From the NCBI GenBank assembly GCA_009837445.1, contig VXTM01000039.1, positions 6,408-70,407 of the forward strand: a DNA stretch of 64,000 bases, given 5' to 3'. The notes under the pieces were generated by a model that saw only the letters and a program-made list of their open reading frames with translations, was not told where the DNA came from and made no database searches. Positions within the stretch are counted from its first letter, which is position 1. Each line of letters opens with the position of its first letter. Below are positions 14,683-24,076 of the stretch, piece by piece. The translations under genes were made by a program, and so were the position numbers. The stretch comes from Acidimicrobiaceae bacterium (GTDB lineage: Bacteria; Actinomycetota; Acidimicrobiia; Acidimicrobiales; Aldehydirespiratoraceae).

Positions 14683-16524
14683 CTACAGCAGCTCCGACTT
14701 GACGGTGGCCGCGATGCCGGCCGCGTCCAGTCCCAGGTCGGCCAGGATCTGGTCGGGCTTGCCGTGGGGCAGGTAGTCGAGGGGCACCCCCAACACACGC
14801 ACCCTGGGGGCGGCCTGCCCGGCGGCCTCGGCCCGCTCCACCAGCGCGTCGCGGATGCCGGTACCCGCGCCGCCGGTGCGCAGCCCGTCCTCCACCGTCA
14901 CCACCAGATCGCACTCGACCGCGTCGGCCACCATCTTCGGGCACACCGGGGTCACCGCCCGGGGGTCCCACACGGTGGCGTCCACGCCCTCGTTCTCCAG
15001 CAGCTCGGCGGCCTGCTCGCAGGCCTCCAGCATCTTGCCCACGCCGATGAGGCACAGCCGGCCGTCGCCGGAGCGGGCCTTGCGGGCCTTCAGCCCCGAC
15101 CCGACCTGGTCCTGGCCCACGCTGCGGGCCGCGGTCTTGGGCCAGCGGATGGCGACCGGGCCGCCGGTCATGTCAACGGCGTCGAGCATCATCCGCTCTA
15201 GCTCCTCCAGCGACGACGGCGCCAGCACCACCATCCCCGGCACTTTGGTGAGCAGCACCATGTCGAGGATCCCGTGGTGCGACGGCCCGTCGTCGCCGGT
15301 GATCCCGGCCCGGTCGATGCAGAACACCACCGGGGCCCGGTGCAACCCGCAGTCCAGGTTGACCTGGTCGAAGGCCCGGCTCAGGAACGTGCTGTACACC
15401 GCGAAGAACGGCCGCAGCCCGCCCATGGCCATGCCCACGGCCGACGTCACCGCGTGCTGCTCGGCGATGCCGACGTCGATGCAGCGATCGCCGAAGTGCT
15501 CCCGGAACGGCAGCAGGCCGGTGGAGTCGGGCATGGCCGCGGTGATGGCCACCACCTCGGGGTGCAGCCCGCCGAGCTTGACCATCATGTCGGAGAACAT
15601 GCCGGTGTAGGTGCCCGGCTTGACCTTGCCGACGTCGTGCATGTGCTTGATCTGGTCCTGTTCGGCTGGCCCGTAGCCCCGTCCCTTCTGGGTGAGCACA
15701 TGGACCACCACGGGCTCGTCGAACTGGGCCGCGTTGGACAGCGCCTCCTCCAGGCCGGCGATGTCGTGGCCGTCGAAGGGCCCCAGGTAGCGCAGCCCCA
15801 GGTTCTCGAAGAAGCCGGCCGAGTCCCACAGCTCCCGGATGGCGGCCTTGGACATCCGCATGCCCCGCTGGAGGGTGTCGCCCACCCAGGGGATGCGCTC
15901 GGCCACCTCCTCGAGACGATCGGAGCGGCGCATGATCTTGGGGTTGGAGCGGAACCGCACCAGGCTCTCGGTGAGCCGGGAGACGGTCGGGGCGTAGCTA
16001 CGGCCGTTGTCGTTGAGCACCACCACCACCCGGCGCCCGCTGTGGCCGATGTTGTTGAGCCCCTCGAAGGCCATGCCGCCGGTCATGGCGCCGTCGCCCA
16101 CCACGGCTACCACCCGGCGGCGGTTGTCGGACGACTCGAAGGCGGTGGCCAGGCCGTGGGCGTAGGACAGCGCGGTCGAGGCGTGGCTGTTCTCGATCCA
16201 GTCGTGGGCCGACTCGGTCCGCGACGGGTAGCCCGCCAGCCCGCCCGCGGTGCGCAGGCTGTCGAAGTCGGCGGACCGCCCGGTGAGCATCTTGTGGACG
16301 TAGGCCTGGTGGCCGGTGTCCCACAGGATCACGTCGTGGGGCGAGCGGAACACCCGGTGCAGGGCGACGGTGAGCTCGACCGAGCCGAGGTTCGACCCCA
16401 GGTGCCCGCCCCGGGCCGAGACCGCCTCGATGATGCGGGCGCGGATCTGCTGGCAGAGGTCGTCGAGTTCGGCATGGGATCGCTCGCGCAGGTCGTCGGG
16501 ACCACCTATGGCTTCGAGTTGCAT
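14683..16524 (-). CDS. dxs: 1-deoxy-D-xylulose-5-phosphate synthase
   Basis: GHLGSNLGSVELTVALH, DTGHQAYVHKMLTGR, and GDGAMTGGMAFEGLN (ThDP motif). Length is 613 aa. Confidence 0.95.
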   Translation of the reverse strand: MQLEAIGGPDDLRERSHAELDDLCQQIRARIIEAVSARGGHLGSNLGSVELTVALHRVFRSPHDVILWDTGHQAYVHKMLTGRSADFDSLRTAGGLAGYPSRTESAHDWIENSHASTALSYAHGLATAFESSDNRRRVVAVVGDGAMTGGMAFEGLNNIGHSGRRVVVVLNDNGRSYAPTVSRLTESLVRFRSNPKIMRRSDRLEEVAERIPWVGDTLQRGMRMSKAAIRELWDSAGFFENLGLRYLGPFDGHDIAGLEEALSNAAQFDEPVVVHVLTQKGRGYGPAEQDQIKHMHDVGKVKPGTYTGMFSDMMVKLGGLHPEVVAITAAMPDSTGLLPFREHFGDRCIDVGIAEQHAVTSAVGMAMGGLRPFFAVYSTFLSRAFDQVNLDCGLHRAPVVFCIDRAGITGDDGPSHHGILDMVLLTKVPGMVVLAPSSLEELERMMLDAVDMTGGPVAIRWPKTAARSVGQDQVGSGLKARKARSGDGRLCLIGVGKMLEACEQAAELLENEGVDATVWDPRAVTPVCPKMVADAVECDLVVTVEDGLRTGGAGTGIRDALVERAEAAGQAAPRVRVLGVPLDYLPHGKPDQILADLGLDAAGIAATVKSELL

Positions 16525-16546
16525 CGGATTCCCTCCTGTCAGTGCT

Positions 16547-17416
16547 CTACGTGGGCGCTGTGATCGGGCGGGGCGCGAGCCAGGGCGGGAGCTTGCGGGC
16601 GAGCAGCACGCCCAGCGGATAGGCGATGACCACTGCCAGCAGGCCGCCCACGGCGTCTATCCAGTAGTGGTTGGCGGTGACCATCACCGCGAACAGTGTA
16701 AGCCATGGGTAGGCGAGCAGGGCTAGGCGCATCCACCGGCGCTTCAGCACGGGCACGGCGGCCACCGCGCACCAGATAGCCCACGCCATGTGCAGGCTGG
16801 GCATGGCCGCGTACTGGTTGGAGATGTCCATCATGGCGCTGGAGTTGAACGACCAGAAACCGCCCGGGTCGACCAGCGTGTCGACGTAGCTGTAGGTGAG
16901 GTCGCAGGCGCCGAAGGGGCCGCAGTCGTTGAGCAGGCGGGGCGGCATCAGCGGGTAGAAGGCGAACCCGATCAACGCGAGGCCGGTGGTGAACGCCAGC
17001 ACGGTGCGCTGGACGCCGTAACGCACCGGATGGCGGCGGTAGAGCAGGAGCATCACGCCGATGGTCACCGCGAAGTGGCAGAACCCGTAGAAGATGTTCC
17101 AGAACTGGATGAACAGGTCCCACTCGATGAAAAGGTCCTGGATGCCCTTCTCACCGAACAGGTGCACGGCCCGCTCCAGGGCGATCATGTCGTAGGCGTT
17201 GTCGATGGCCGCCTGCTTCACGGAGGAGCCCAGCTCTGACCCGAACTGGTTGCGGATCATCGTGTAGATGCCGTAGAACGCGCCGATGATGAGGATTTCG
17301 CTCCACCAGTGCAGCTGGCCGCTCAGCGCCCGCCGGCGACCCTCGGAAGCGGTCGGCGAGCCCTCTTGCGACTCCGTGTCGTCGAGGGCGTCGACGTCGG
17401 CGGCTCCCGAGGCCAT
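16547..17416 (-). CDS. PAP2_C / sphingomyelin-synthase-like (inositol phosphorylceramide synthase-like) integral membrane protein
   Basis: Multi-TM sequence with SLHMAWAIW...ANHYWIDAVGG (PAP2 C2/C3-like His/Asp motifs). The start is uncertain: MASGAADV at 17416 was preferred, and MSDY at 17437 would overlap the divergent tldD ATG. The upstream 140 codons of the ORF are low-complexity artefact. Confidence 0.7.
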   Translation of the reverse strand: MASGAADVDALDDTESQEGSPTASEGRRRALSGQLHWWSEILIIGAFYGIYTMIRNQFGSELGSSVKQAAIDNAYDMIALERAVHLFGEKGIQDLFIEWDLFIQFWNIFYGFCHFAVTIGVMLLLYRRHPVRYGVQRTVLAFTTGLALIGFAFYPLMPPRLLNDCGPFGACDLTYSYVDTLVDPGGFWSFNSSAMMDISNQYAAMPSLHMAWAIWCAVAAVPVLKRRWMRLALLAYPWLTLFAVMVTANHYWIDAVGGLLAVVIAYPLGVLLARKLPPWLAPRPITAPT

Positions 17417-17435
17417 CGCGTTACAGTAGTCGCTC

Positions 17436-18827
17436 ATGCTCGAAGCGGAACTCGTGAACCGGACGCTCTCCGTGGCCATGCGCACCGGAGCGGACTTCGC
17501 GGAGATCTTCGCGGAGGAAAGGCGCTCGTCGTCGGCGATCCTCGACGACGGCCGGGTCGAGGAGGTCGTCTCGGGCCGGGACCGCGGCGCCGGCATCCGT
17601 GTGGTCGTCGGCGAGACCACCGGGTTCGCCCACACCGCCGACCTGACCGAGACCGGCCTGGCCGCCGCGGCCGGCGCGGCCGCGGCCGCGGCCCGGCAAT
17701 CGGGCGGCGCCCGGCGGATCGTCGAGGTGTCGTCGCTGGACGTGCCCAGGCCGCTCACCGTCCGGGTGCCCCCCGAGGACGTGCCCAAGTCCACGAAGGT
17801 GGCGCTGCTGACCGCGGCCGACGCTGCCGCCCGGTCGACCGGCTCGGCCATCACCCAGGTGTCGGCCCGCTACGGCGACGGCCGCCGCCGCATTCTGGTA
17901 GCCGATAGCGACGGGCTGTTCACCAGCGACGACCAGGTGCGCACCCTGTTCTCGGTGTCGTGCGTGGCCACCGGCGACACCGGCATGCAGACCGGCCGCG
18001 AGTCGGCGGGCCGGACGGCCGGCTTCGAGTTGTTCGACCTCTACGACGTGGAGGAGATGGCCCGCCGGGCCGCGCAGCGGGCCCTCACCAAGCTCACGGC
18101 CCGGCCCGCGCCCAGTGGCGAGATGCCGGTGGTGGTGGGGCCGGGAGGCGGCGGGGTGCTGTTCCACGAGGCATGCGGGCACGGCCTGGAGGCCGACCTG
18201 GTGGCCAAGTCGGCCTCGGTGTTCGCGGGGCGTCTCGGTGAGAGGGTGGCCGCGCCCATGGTCACGCTGATCGACGACGGCACGATGGCGGGGGAGTGGG
18301 GCCACTACGGCATCGACGACGAGGGCAAGCCGGCAGCCCGCAACGTGCTCATCTCCGGCGGTGTGCTCACCGACTACATGTGGGACCGGCTGCGGGCCCG
18401 CAAGGAGGGTCGGGCCAGCTCGGGCAACGGCCGGCGCCAGAGCTACCAGCACCTGCCCATGGTGCGCATGACCAACACCTACATCACCAACGGCGACGCC
18501 GACCCCGACGACATCGTGGCCGACACGACCCACGGCGTGTACGTGGCCCAGCTAGGAGGCGGCCAGGTCAACACCGCCACCGGGGACTTCGTGTTCGGAA
18601 TGACCGAGGCCTACCTGATCGAGAACGGCGAGATCACCGCACCCATCCGGGAGGGCAACCTCATCGGCAACGGCCCCGAGGTGCTCACCCGGATCGACGC
18701 CCTCGGCAACGACTTCGCTATGGGATCGCCGGGTACCTGCGGCAAGGACGGCCAGGGCGTCCCCGTGGGCGACGGCACGCCGACGCTGCGGGTGACCGCG
18801 CTCACCGTCGGCGGCACCGCCGCGTGA
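17436..18827 (+). CDS. tldD: Metalloprotease TldD
   Basis: HEACGHGLEAD zinc motif, 463 aa, followed by pmbA. Confidence 0.9.
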   Translation: MLEAELVNRTLSVAMRTGADFAEIFAEERRSSSAILDDGRVEEVVSGRDRGAGIRVVVGETTGFAHTADLTETGLAAAAGAAAAAARQSGGARRIVEVSSLDVPRPLTVRVPPEDVPKSTKVALLTAADAAARSTGSAITQVSARYGDGRRRILVADSDGLFTSDDQVRTLFSVSCVATGDTGMQTGRESAGRTAGFELFDLYDVEEMARRAAQRALTKLTARPAPSGEMPVVVGPGGGGVLFHEACGHGLEADLVAKSASVFAGRLGERVAAPMVTLIDDGTMAGEWGHYGIDDEGKPAARNVLISGGVLTDYMWDRLRARKEGRASSGNGRRQSYQHLPMVRMTNTYITNGDADPDDIVADTTHGVYVAQLGGGQVNTATGDFVFGMTEAYLIENGEITAPIREGNLIGNGPEVLTRIDALGNDFAMGSPGTCGKDGQGVPVGDGTPTLRVTALTVGGTAA

Positions 18828-18841
18828 ACCACCCACCTCCG

Positions 18842-18890
18842 GGAATTGGCAGCGTTTTGCCCCCTATCGGGCGCGTTTGCTGCCAATTCC
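18842..18890. repeat. Palindromic intergenic element GGAATTGGCAGCG-N24-GCTGCCAATTCC (REP-like), copy 1 of 3
   Basis: Read directly. The 12-13-bp perfect inverted arms are identical to those of the 31425-31473 copy. It lies between the tldD stop and the pmbA start. Confidence 0.75.
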
Positions 18891-18909
18891 GGATGAGGAG
18901 GGGTAGGCG

Positions 18910-20256
18910 GTGAGTTCGAGCCTGCTGGAGATCGCGCAGCGGGTCGCCGGTTGGGCCGGCGACGGCTTCGACGTGGAAGCCTTCGTGGCTCACGAGCGCG
19001 AGACCGAGGTGCGGGCCTACGAGGGCGAGGTCGAGTCGCTCACCGCCGCCACCGCTCAGGGGATCGGCGTGAGGGTGGTGCACCAGGGGCGGCAGGGCTT
19101 CGCCTACGCCGCCACCCTCGACGACGAGACCGTGCGCGAGACCTTCGACGAGGCGCTCGACAACTCCCGCTTCGGCAGCATCGACGAGTTCGCGGGCGTG
19201 GCCGAGCCCGACGGCGTGGAGCCCGAGCCGCTGGACCTGTACCGCTCCGAGCTGGCCGAGTTCCCGACCGAGGACAAGGTGGCTCTCGCCCTGGAGTTGG
19301 AGCGGGTCACCCTGGCCGCCGATCCGAGGGTGACCGGCGTGGAGTCGGCCGAGTACGCCGACTCGGTCTTCGAGTCCGCGGTGGCCACCTCGCGGGGCGT
19401 GGCCGCAACCGCCCGGGAGACCGGCTGCTACCTGGCCGCCTTCAGCTTGGCAACCGAGCGCGACGACACGCAGACCGGTTTCGGCTTCTCGGTCGGGCGC
19501 CATCCCGGCGAGTTGTCGGCGGAGACGGCCGGAACCGACGCGGCCGAGCGGGCCACCCGGCTGCTCGGCGCGGCCAAGGCCCCCAGCCGCCGGCTGACCG
19601 TGGTCCTCGACCCGTACGTCACGGCCCGGCTCCTGGGCATCGTGGGCGCGACCCTCAGCGGGGAAGCGGTCTTGAAGGGCCGGTCGCTGTTCGCGGACCG
19701 CATGAATGAGGCGGTCGGGGCTCCGTCGCTGACGCTCGTCGACGACGCCACCGATCCCGACGCCTTCACCGCGTCGGCCATCGACGCCGAGGGCCTGGCC
19801 ACCCGCCGCATCCCGCTGATCACCGACGGGGTGCTGCAGTCGTTCCTCTACGACACCTACACGGCCCGGAGGGCTGGGGTTTCCTCCACAGGGTCGGCGG
19901 TCAGGGGAGGGTTCAAGGGCACCCCAGGTGTTGGTGCCCACGCTCTGAGCCTCACCCCCGGAACTCGCAGCCAGGACGAGATCGTGGCCGGCATCGACGA
20001 CGGCCTGCTGGTGCAGGGGGTCACCGGCCTCCACAGCGGCGTGAACGCGGTGTCGGGGGACTTCTCGGTGGGTGCGGAGGGCTTGCGTATCCGCGGCGGC
20101 GAGACGGCCGAGCCGGTACGGGAGGTGACCATCGCGAGCACCATCCAGCGCCTGCTGCTGGATGTAGCCGAGGTGGGCTCCGACCTGGAGTGGCTGCCGA
20201 TGAGTGCAGCCGGGGTGACCCTCGCCATAGCCGACGTGACCATGTCCGGCACCTAA
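18910..20256 (+). CDS. pmbA: Metalloprotease PmbA/TldE
   Basis: 448 aa, paired with tldD, GTG start, typical C-terminal GDFSVGAEGLRIRGGE region. Confidence 0.9.
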   Translation: MSSSLLEIAQRVAGWAGDGFDVEAFVAHERETEVRAYEGEVESLTAATAQGIGVRVVHQGRQGFAYAATLDDETVRETFDEALDNSRFGSIDEFAGVAEPDGVEPEPLDLYRSELAEFPTEDKVALALELERVTLAADPRVTGVESAEYADSVFESAVATSRGVAATARETGCYLAAFSLATERDDTQTGFGFSVGRHPGELSAETAGTDAAERATRLLGAAKAPSRRLTVVLDPYVTARLLGIVGATLSGEAVLKGRSLFADRMNEAVGAPSLTLVDDATDPDAFTASAIDAEGLATRRIPLITDGVLQSFLYDTYTARRAGVSSTGSAVRGGFKGTPGVGAHALSLTPGTRSQDEIVAGIDDGLLVQGVTGLHSGVNAVSGDFSVGAEGLRIRGGETAEPVREVTIASTIQRLLLDVAEVGSDLEWLPMSAAGVTLAIADVTMSGT

Positions 20257-20279
20257 GAGGCCGGCGGGCGGTCCCTGCG

Positions 20280-21092
20280 GTGCCGATCCTGCACGCCATC
20301 GTCCTGGGCATCGTGCAGGGCCTCTCGGAGTTCCTGCCGGTCTCCTCCAGCGGGCACTTGATCCTGGTCCGCTGGCTGTTCGGCTGGGACGAGTTGTCGG
20401 GCGACACCGCGACCGCCTTCGACGTGGCCGTGCACGTCGGCACCCTGATCGGTGCGGCCGCCTACCTCCGCCGCGACATCGCTATCTACGTCGGGGCGGC
20501 CGTGTCGCCGGTGCTGGGCCGCGGCCCGCTGGGATCCGACGGTCGCGTCGCCTGGAGCCTGGCGGCCTCTGCGGTGCCGGCGGGCGTGGTGGGCGTGTTC
20601 GCGGGCGATGCGCTGCGGGACTCGGACGCGGTGGTGCCGGTGGCGCTGGCGTTGATCGTCTTCGGACTGCTGCTGGGCGCCTCCGACCGGCTCGCGGAGC
20701 GGCGCAGCCAGCAGGACTTCGGTATCGGTCATGCGCTGGCCATGGGCGCCGGCCAGGCGCTCGCACTGCAGCCGGGTGTCTCGCGCTCGGGTGCGACCAT
20801 GACCGTGGCCCGGGCGCTCGGCTACAGCCGCGAGGCGGCCGTGCGCCTCGCCTTCCTGATGAGCCTGCCGGTGATTGCCGGTGCCGGCGTCTACGGCCTC
20901 ATCGAGCTGAGCGTCCCGGCGGCGCTGTGGCCCGCGCTGGCGTGGGGCATGGTGTCGTCGGGCATCACCGGGTGGGTGGCCGTCTGGGGCACCACCCGGA
21001 TCGTGTCCCGGGCGAGCCTCCAGCCCTTCGTCGTGTATCGCGTCCTAGCCGGAGCCGCCGTCCTCGTCCTGGCGGCCACCTCCTGGCGCTGA
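20280..21092 (+). CDS. uppP: Undecaprenyl-diphosphate phosphatase
   Basis: ILHAIVLGIVQGLSEFLPVSSSGHL signature. The start was set at the in-frame GTG at 20280 (VPILHAIV), downstream of the pmbA stop. Confidence 0.9.
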   Translation: MPILHAIVLGIVQGLSEFLPVSSSGHLILVRWLFGWDELSGDTATAFDVAVHVGTLIGAAAYLRRDIAIYVGAAVSPVLGRGPLGSDGRVAWSLAASAVPAGVVGVFAGDALRDSDAVVPVALALIVFGLLLGASDRLAERRSQQDFGIGHALAMGAGQALALQPGVSRSGATMTVARALGYSREAAVRLAFLMSLPVIAGAGVYGLIELSVPAALWPALAWGMVSSGITGWVAVWGTTRIVSRASLQPFVVYRVLAGAAVLVLAATSWR

Positions 21093-21099
21093 CCCAGCC

Positions 21100-21520
21100 T
21101 CATCCGGAGGGTGCGCCGGTAGGCGCAGCGGGGTCAGTTTGCGGTGGGGGTACGAGAACCAGCATCACGCCTCCCGTGGCCAGAGCGTCGACGGTGGCGT
21201 CCACCAGGTCCGACGGCACCGCCAGGATCACCTCGGCGGTGGCGGCCGAAACAACCGGCGCTCCCCGCACCACCGCGGCGCCGTCGAGCACCGCATGCAC
21301 ATCCACCTCGTCGCCCACGGCGAACACCGCGCTGTCGACCGGCACAGGCACGCCGCGGGTGTCGGGCGGGAGCCGGGTCGACGGCCCGAGAGGCGCGGCC
21401 TCAGCCGGTGCCAGCGGTGGGTCGGAGGAGTCGCCGCTGAGGGCGGCCAGGACGGCCAGCGCCGCTGCGGCAGCCGCGGCCCAGCGCAACCACCGATGGC
21501 GATAAAACATGATCCTGAGC
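21100..21520 (-). CDS. Hypothetical membrane-anchored/secreted protein (140 aa)
   Basis: MFYRHRWLRWAAAAAAALAVLAAL (signal/anchor) followed by a beta-rich region. The start was taken at the ATG at 21520. No family is assigned. Confidence 0.45.
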
Positions 21521-21762
21521 CGGCCGGCGGCGCCGCTGTGGCGCGCCGACGGCCGGGCTGGCGACGGTGAGCTACGGAACGGCCCGAAGCGCGGCTGCGT
21601 CTCCGGGAGGTCCTGCGCGGCTGGTGTGGCTGGGGACATCGAGCCTCCTCTGATGGACGGCGCGGCCCGGTGGACGGGCGCGGGTCCCTGCGCTCGAGAT
21701 ACCCCCAAACGCTGGGACGGTCGCCAGAGGCGACGAGCGGCCCGGAACGCGGGTCCGGGACG

Positions 21763-22161
21763 TTAGGAGGAGGACGACGAGGTGCTGGCGTCGGCCTTCG
21801 CCCGCCCCCCGTTCGAGCTGGAGCTCGAGGTCGAATCCTTGCTCGAGGATTCCTTGGAGGTCGAGTCCTTGCTCGACGACTCCTTGGACGTCGACGAGCC
21901 GGACGACTCCTTGGAGGAGTCCGACTCCCGCTCCTTGCGCCGGCCCTTGGCGTTGGCGCCGTGGTCGTTCTTGTAGAAGCCGTCGCCCTTGAAGGCGATG
22001 GCCACCCCGCTGAACACCTTCTTAACCGGCCCCTCGCCCGGCGCTTCGCACGAGACCGGCCCGCCCTCGGGCGGGCACACGGAGAGCGAATCATCGCTGA
22101 ACGACTGCCTCACCTCGAACTGCACTGAACAGCGTTCGCAGCGGTAGTCGTACATCGGCAC
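21763..22161 (-). CDS. FmdB-family zinc-ribbon protein (CxxC...CxxC-type) with Ser/Lys/Glu-rich repetitive C-terminal tail
   Basis: MPMYDYRCERCSVQFE... is the FmdB/TIGR02605-type N-terminus. The tail is SKESSGSSTSKESSSKDSTSKESSSKDSTSSSSS. Confidence 0.8.
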   Translation of the reverse strand: MPMYDYRCERCSVQFEVRQSFSDDSLSVCPPEGGPVSCEAPGEGPVKKVFSGVAIAFKGDGFYKNDHGANAKGRRKERESDSSKESSGSSTSKESSSKDSTSKESSSKDSTSSSSSNGGRAKADASTSSSSS

Positions 22162-22253
22162 GGCGGCGAAGGATAACCGGGCCTCGAAACGGCGACACCG
22201 CGCCGGCGCCGACCAGGTTCGCCCGCCTACCGCTCTGCCTCTACCATTCGGGC

Positions 22254-22841
22254 GTGACGGTGTGGATGGCTGTCGCTTTCGTCGCGGCCTACGGGGCCGG
22301 CATGTTCCCCACCGCGACGCTGGTGGGGAACAAGATCGGCCACGACCCCACCAGCGAGGGGTCGGGGAATCCGGGCGCCACCAACATCTACCGCCTGGGC
22401 GGCCGCCTCGCCGGGGTGGGGGTGGCTCTGGGCGACATGGCCAAGGGAGCGCTGCCCATCGGCGTCGCCCTGCTGCTGTGGGACCGGCCGGAGGCGATGG
22501 CGGCCTGGATCGGCGCGGTGGCGGGCCATGTGTGGCCGATCCTGCGGCGTTTCCGGGGCGGCAAGGGGATGGCGACCGCCGGCGGCGGCGGTCTGGTCCT
22601 CGACCCGATCATCGGCCTGATCTGCGTCGTAGTGTTCTTCGGCATGGTGCGCCTGACCAGGGTGGCCGCGCTCGGCTCCCTGAGCGTGGGCGTCGTGTAC
22701 CCGGTACTGGCCCTAGTGATGGGCTGGCCGGGGCCCGAGGTTGTTGTGGCGGCCGTGGTGATGGGCGTGATGGCGATGCGCCACCACGGCAATATCGTGC
22801 GGCTAGTGCGCGGCACCGAGCGGAAGCTGAGAGAGACTTGA
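22254..22841 (+). CDS. plsY: Glycerol-3-phosphate acyltransferase PlsY
   Basis: GSGNPGATN motif, multi-TM, 195 aa. Confidence 0.9.
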   Translation: MTVWMAVAFVAAYGAGMFPTATLVGNKIGHDPTSEGSGNPGATNIYRLGGRLAGVGVALGDMAKGALPIGVALLLWDRPEAMAAWIGAVAGHVWPILRRFRGGKGMATAGGGGLVLDPIIGLICVVVFFGMVRLTRVAALGSLSVGVVYPVLALVMGWPGPEVVVAAVVMGVMAMRHHGNIVRLVRGTERKLRET

Positions 22842-22845
22842 CCCC

Positions 22846-24054
22846 ATGATTCCCCTGGAGGAGGCCCGCGAGCACGTCCTCTCCCGGGTCGGGACCCTTC
22901 CGGCCCGCCAAGTCCCGCTGGATGAGGCACTCGGCCTGGTGCTGGCCGAGCCGGTCACGTCGTCGGAGCCCATCCCGGCTTTCGCCAACACCGCCATGGA
23001 CGGCTACGCCCTTCGAGCGGCCGACACCGTCGGAGCCCCGGTGGAACTCGAGGTGGTCGGAACGATCGGCGCCGGCGACGACGGCTCGCTGCACGTCGGG
23101 GAGGCTCAGGCGGCCCGCATCATGACGGGAGCGCCCATCCCGCCCGGCGCGGACGCGGTGGTGAAGGTGGAGCTGACCAGCCCGGCCGGCGGCCCCGGCG
23201 ACCGGGTGAGGGTCGAGGCGTCCGTCAAGGCCGGCAACCACATCCGCCACCCCGGCGAGGACGTGGCCGCCGGGGAGCAGGTGCTCGACGCGGGCACGGT
23301 GGTCACGCCTGGCCGGGTCGGCCTGCTGGCCGCGGTAGGCGCCTACGAGGTCGCCGCCCACGGCCGGCCCCGGGTGGGGGTGCTGTCGACCGGCGACGAG
23401 CTGGCGGACACGCCCGGACCGCTGCGGAGGGGCCAGATCCGCGACACCAACCGCCGCACGCTGCTCTCGATGGTGGCGGAGGCCGGCTTCGAGGGCGTGG
23501 ACCTGGGGATCGCACCCGACCGTCCCGACGACATCTCCAGGGCGTTCGAAGCCGGCGCGGCGGACTGCGATGCGGTGCTCTCGTCGGGGGGCGTGTCGAT
23601 GGGGGACTTCGACTACGTGAAGGTGGTGCTGGACCGGATCGGCGACATGCGCTGGATGCAGATCGCCATCAAGCCGGCCAAGCCGTTCGCCTTCGGCCTG
23701 GTCGACGGCACCCCGGTCTTCGGGCTTCCGGGCAACCCGGTGTCGTCGATGGTGAGCTTCGAGCTGCTGGCCAAGCCCGGCCTGAGGGCGATGGCGGGCC
23801 ACGGCGCCGACGATCTCGGCCCAGCCCTGGTGCGGGCGGTCTGCGGCGACGAGCTCGGTCACCGCAGCGACGGCAAGACCCACTTCGTGAGGGTGGCCGC
23901 CACCCGCGACGAGCGGGGCGTGCTGCGGGTGGTCCGGTCCGGCGGCCAGGGCTCCCACCAGCTGGCGGCCATGACCCGCGCCGACGCTCTGGCGGTGGTG
24001 CCCGACGGCGCCCGGCTAGGTGTGGGCGACCCGGTCGACGTGATCGTGCTCTGA
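22846..24054 (+). CDS. moeA: Molybdopterin molybdenumtransferase MoeA
   Basis: PAFANTAMDGYA, a central MoCF-biosynthesis domain (GVLSTGDEL, SSGGVSMGDFD), 402 aa. Confidence 0.9.
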   Translation: MIPLEEAREHVLSRVGTLPARQVPLDEALGLVLAEPVTSSEPIPAFANTAMDGYALRAADTVGAPVELEVVGTIGAGDDGSLHVGEAQAARIMTGAPIPPGADAVVKVELTSPAGGPGDRVRVEASVKAGNHIRHPGEDVAAGEQVLDAGTVVTPGRVGLLAAVGAYEVAAHGRPRVGVLSTGDELADTPGPLRRGQIRDTNRRTLLSMVAEAGFEGVDLGIAPDRPDDISRAFEAGAADCDAVLSSGGVSMGDFDYVKVVLDRIGDMRWMQIAIKPAKPFAFGLVDGTPVFGLPGNPVSSMVSFELLAKPGLRAMAGHGADDLGPALVRAVCGDELGHRSDGKTHFVRVAATRDERGVLRVVRSGGQGSHQLAAMTRADALAVVPDGARLGVGDPVDVIVL

Positions 24055-24076
24055 GTGAGCGGGTAGCCTGCGGACA

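Noticed and set aside
16547-17854. 435-aa version of the PAP2-like protein
   Set aside because: The N-terminal ~140 codons are Ala/Ser/Arg low complexity and lie antisense to the 5' end of tldD. Only the C-terminal polytopic part looks real.
18802-20034. 410-aa minus-strand ORF
   Set aside because: It is antisense to pmbA. The composition is a Gly/Arg/Ala/Val-rich artefact, whereas pmbA on the plus strand is well supported.
22609-23958. 449-aa minus-strand ORF
   Set aside because: It is antisense to moeA, with a typical high-GC shadow ORF composition.
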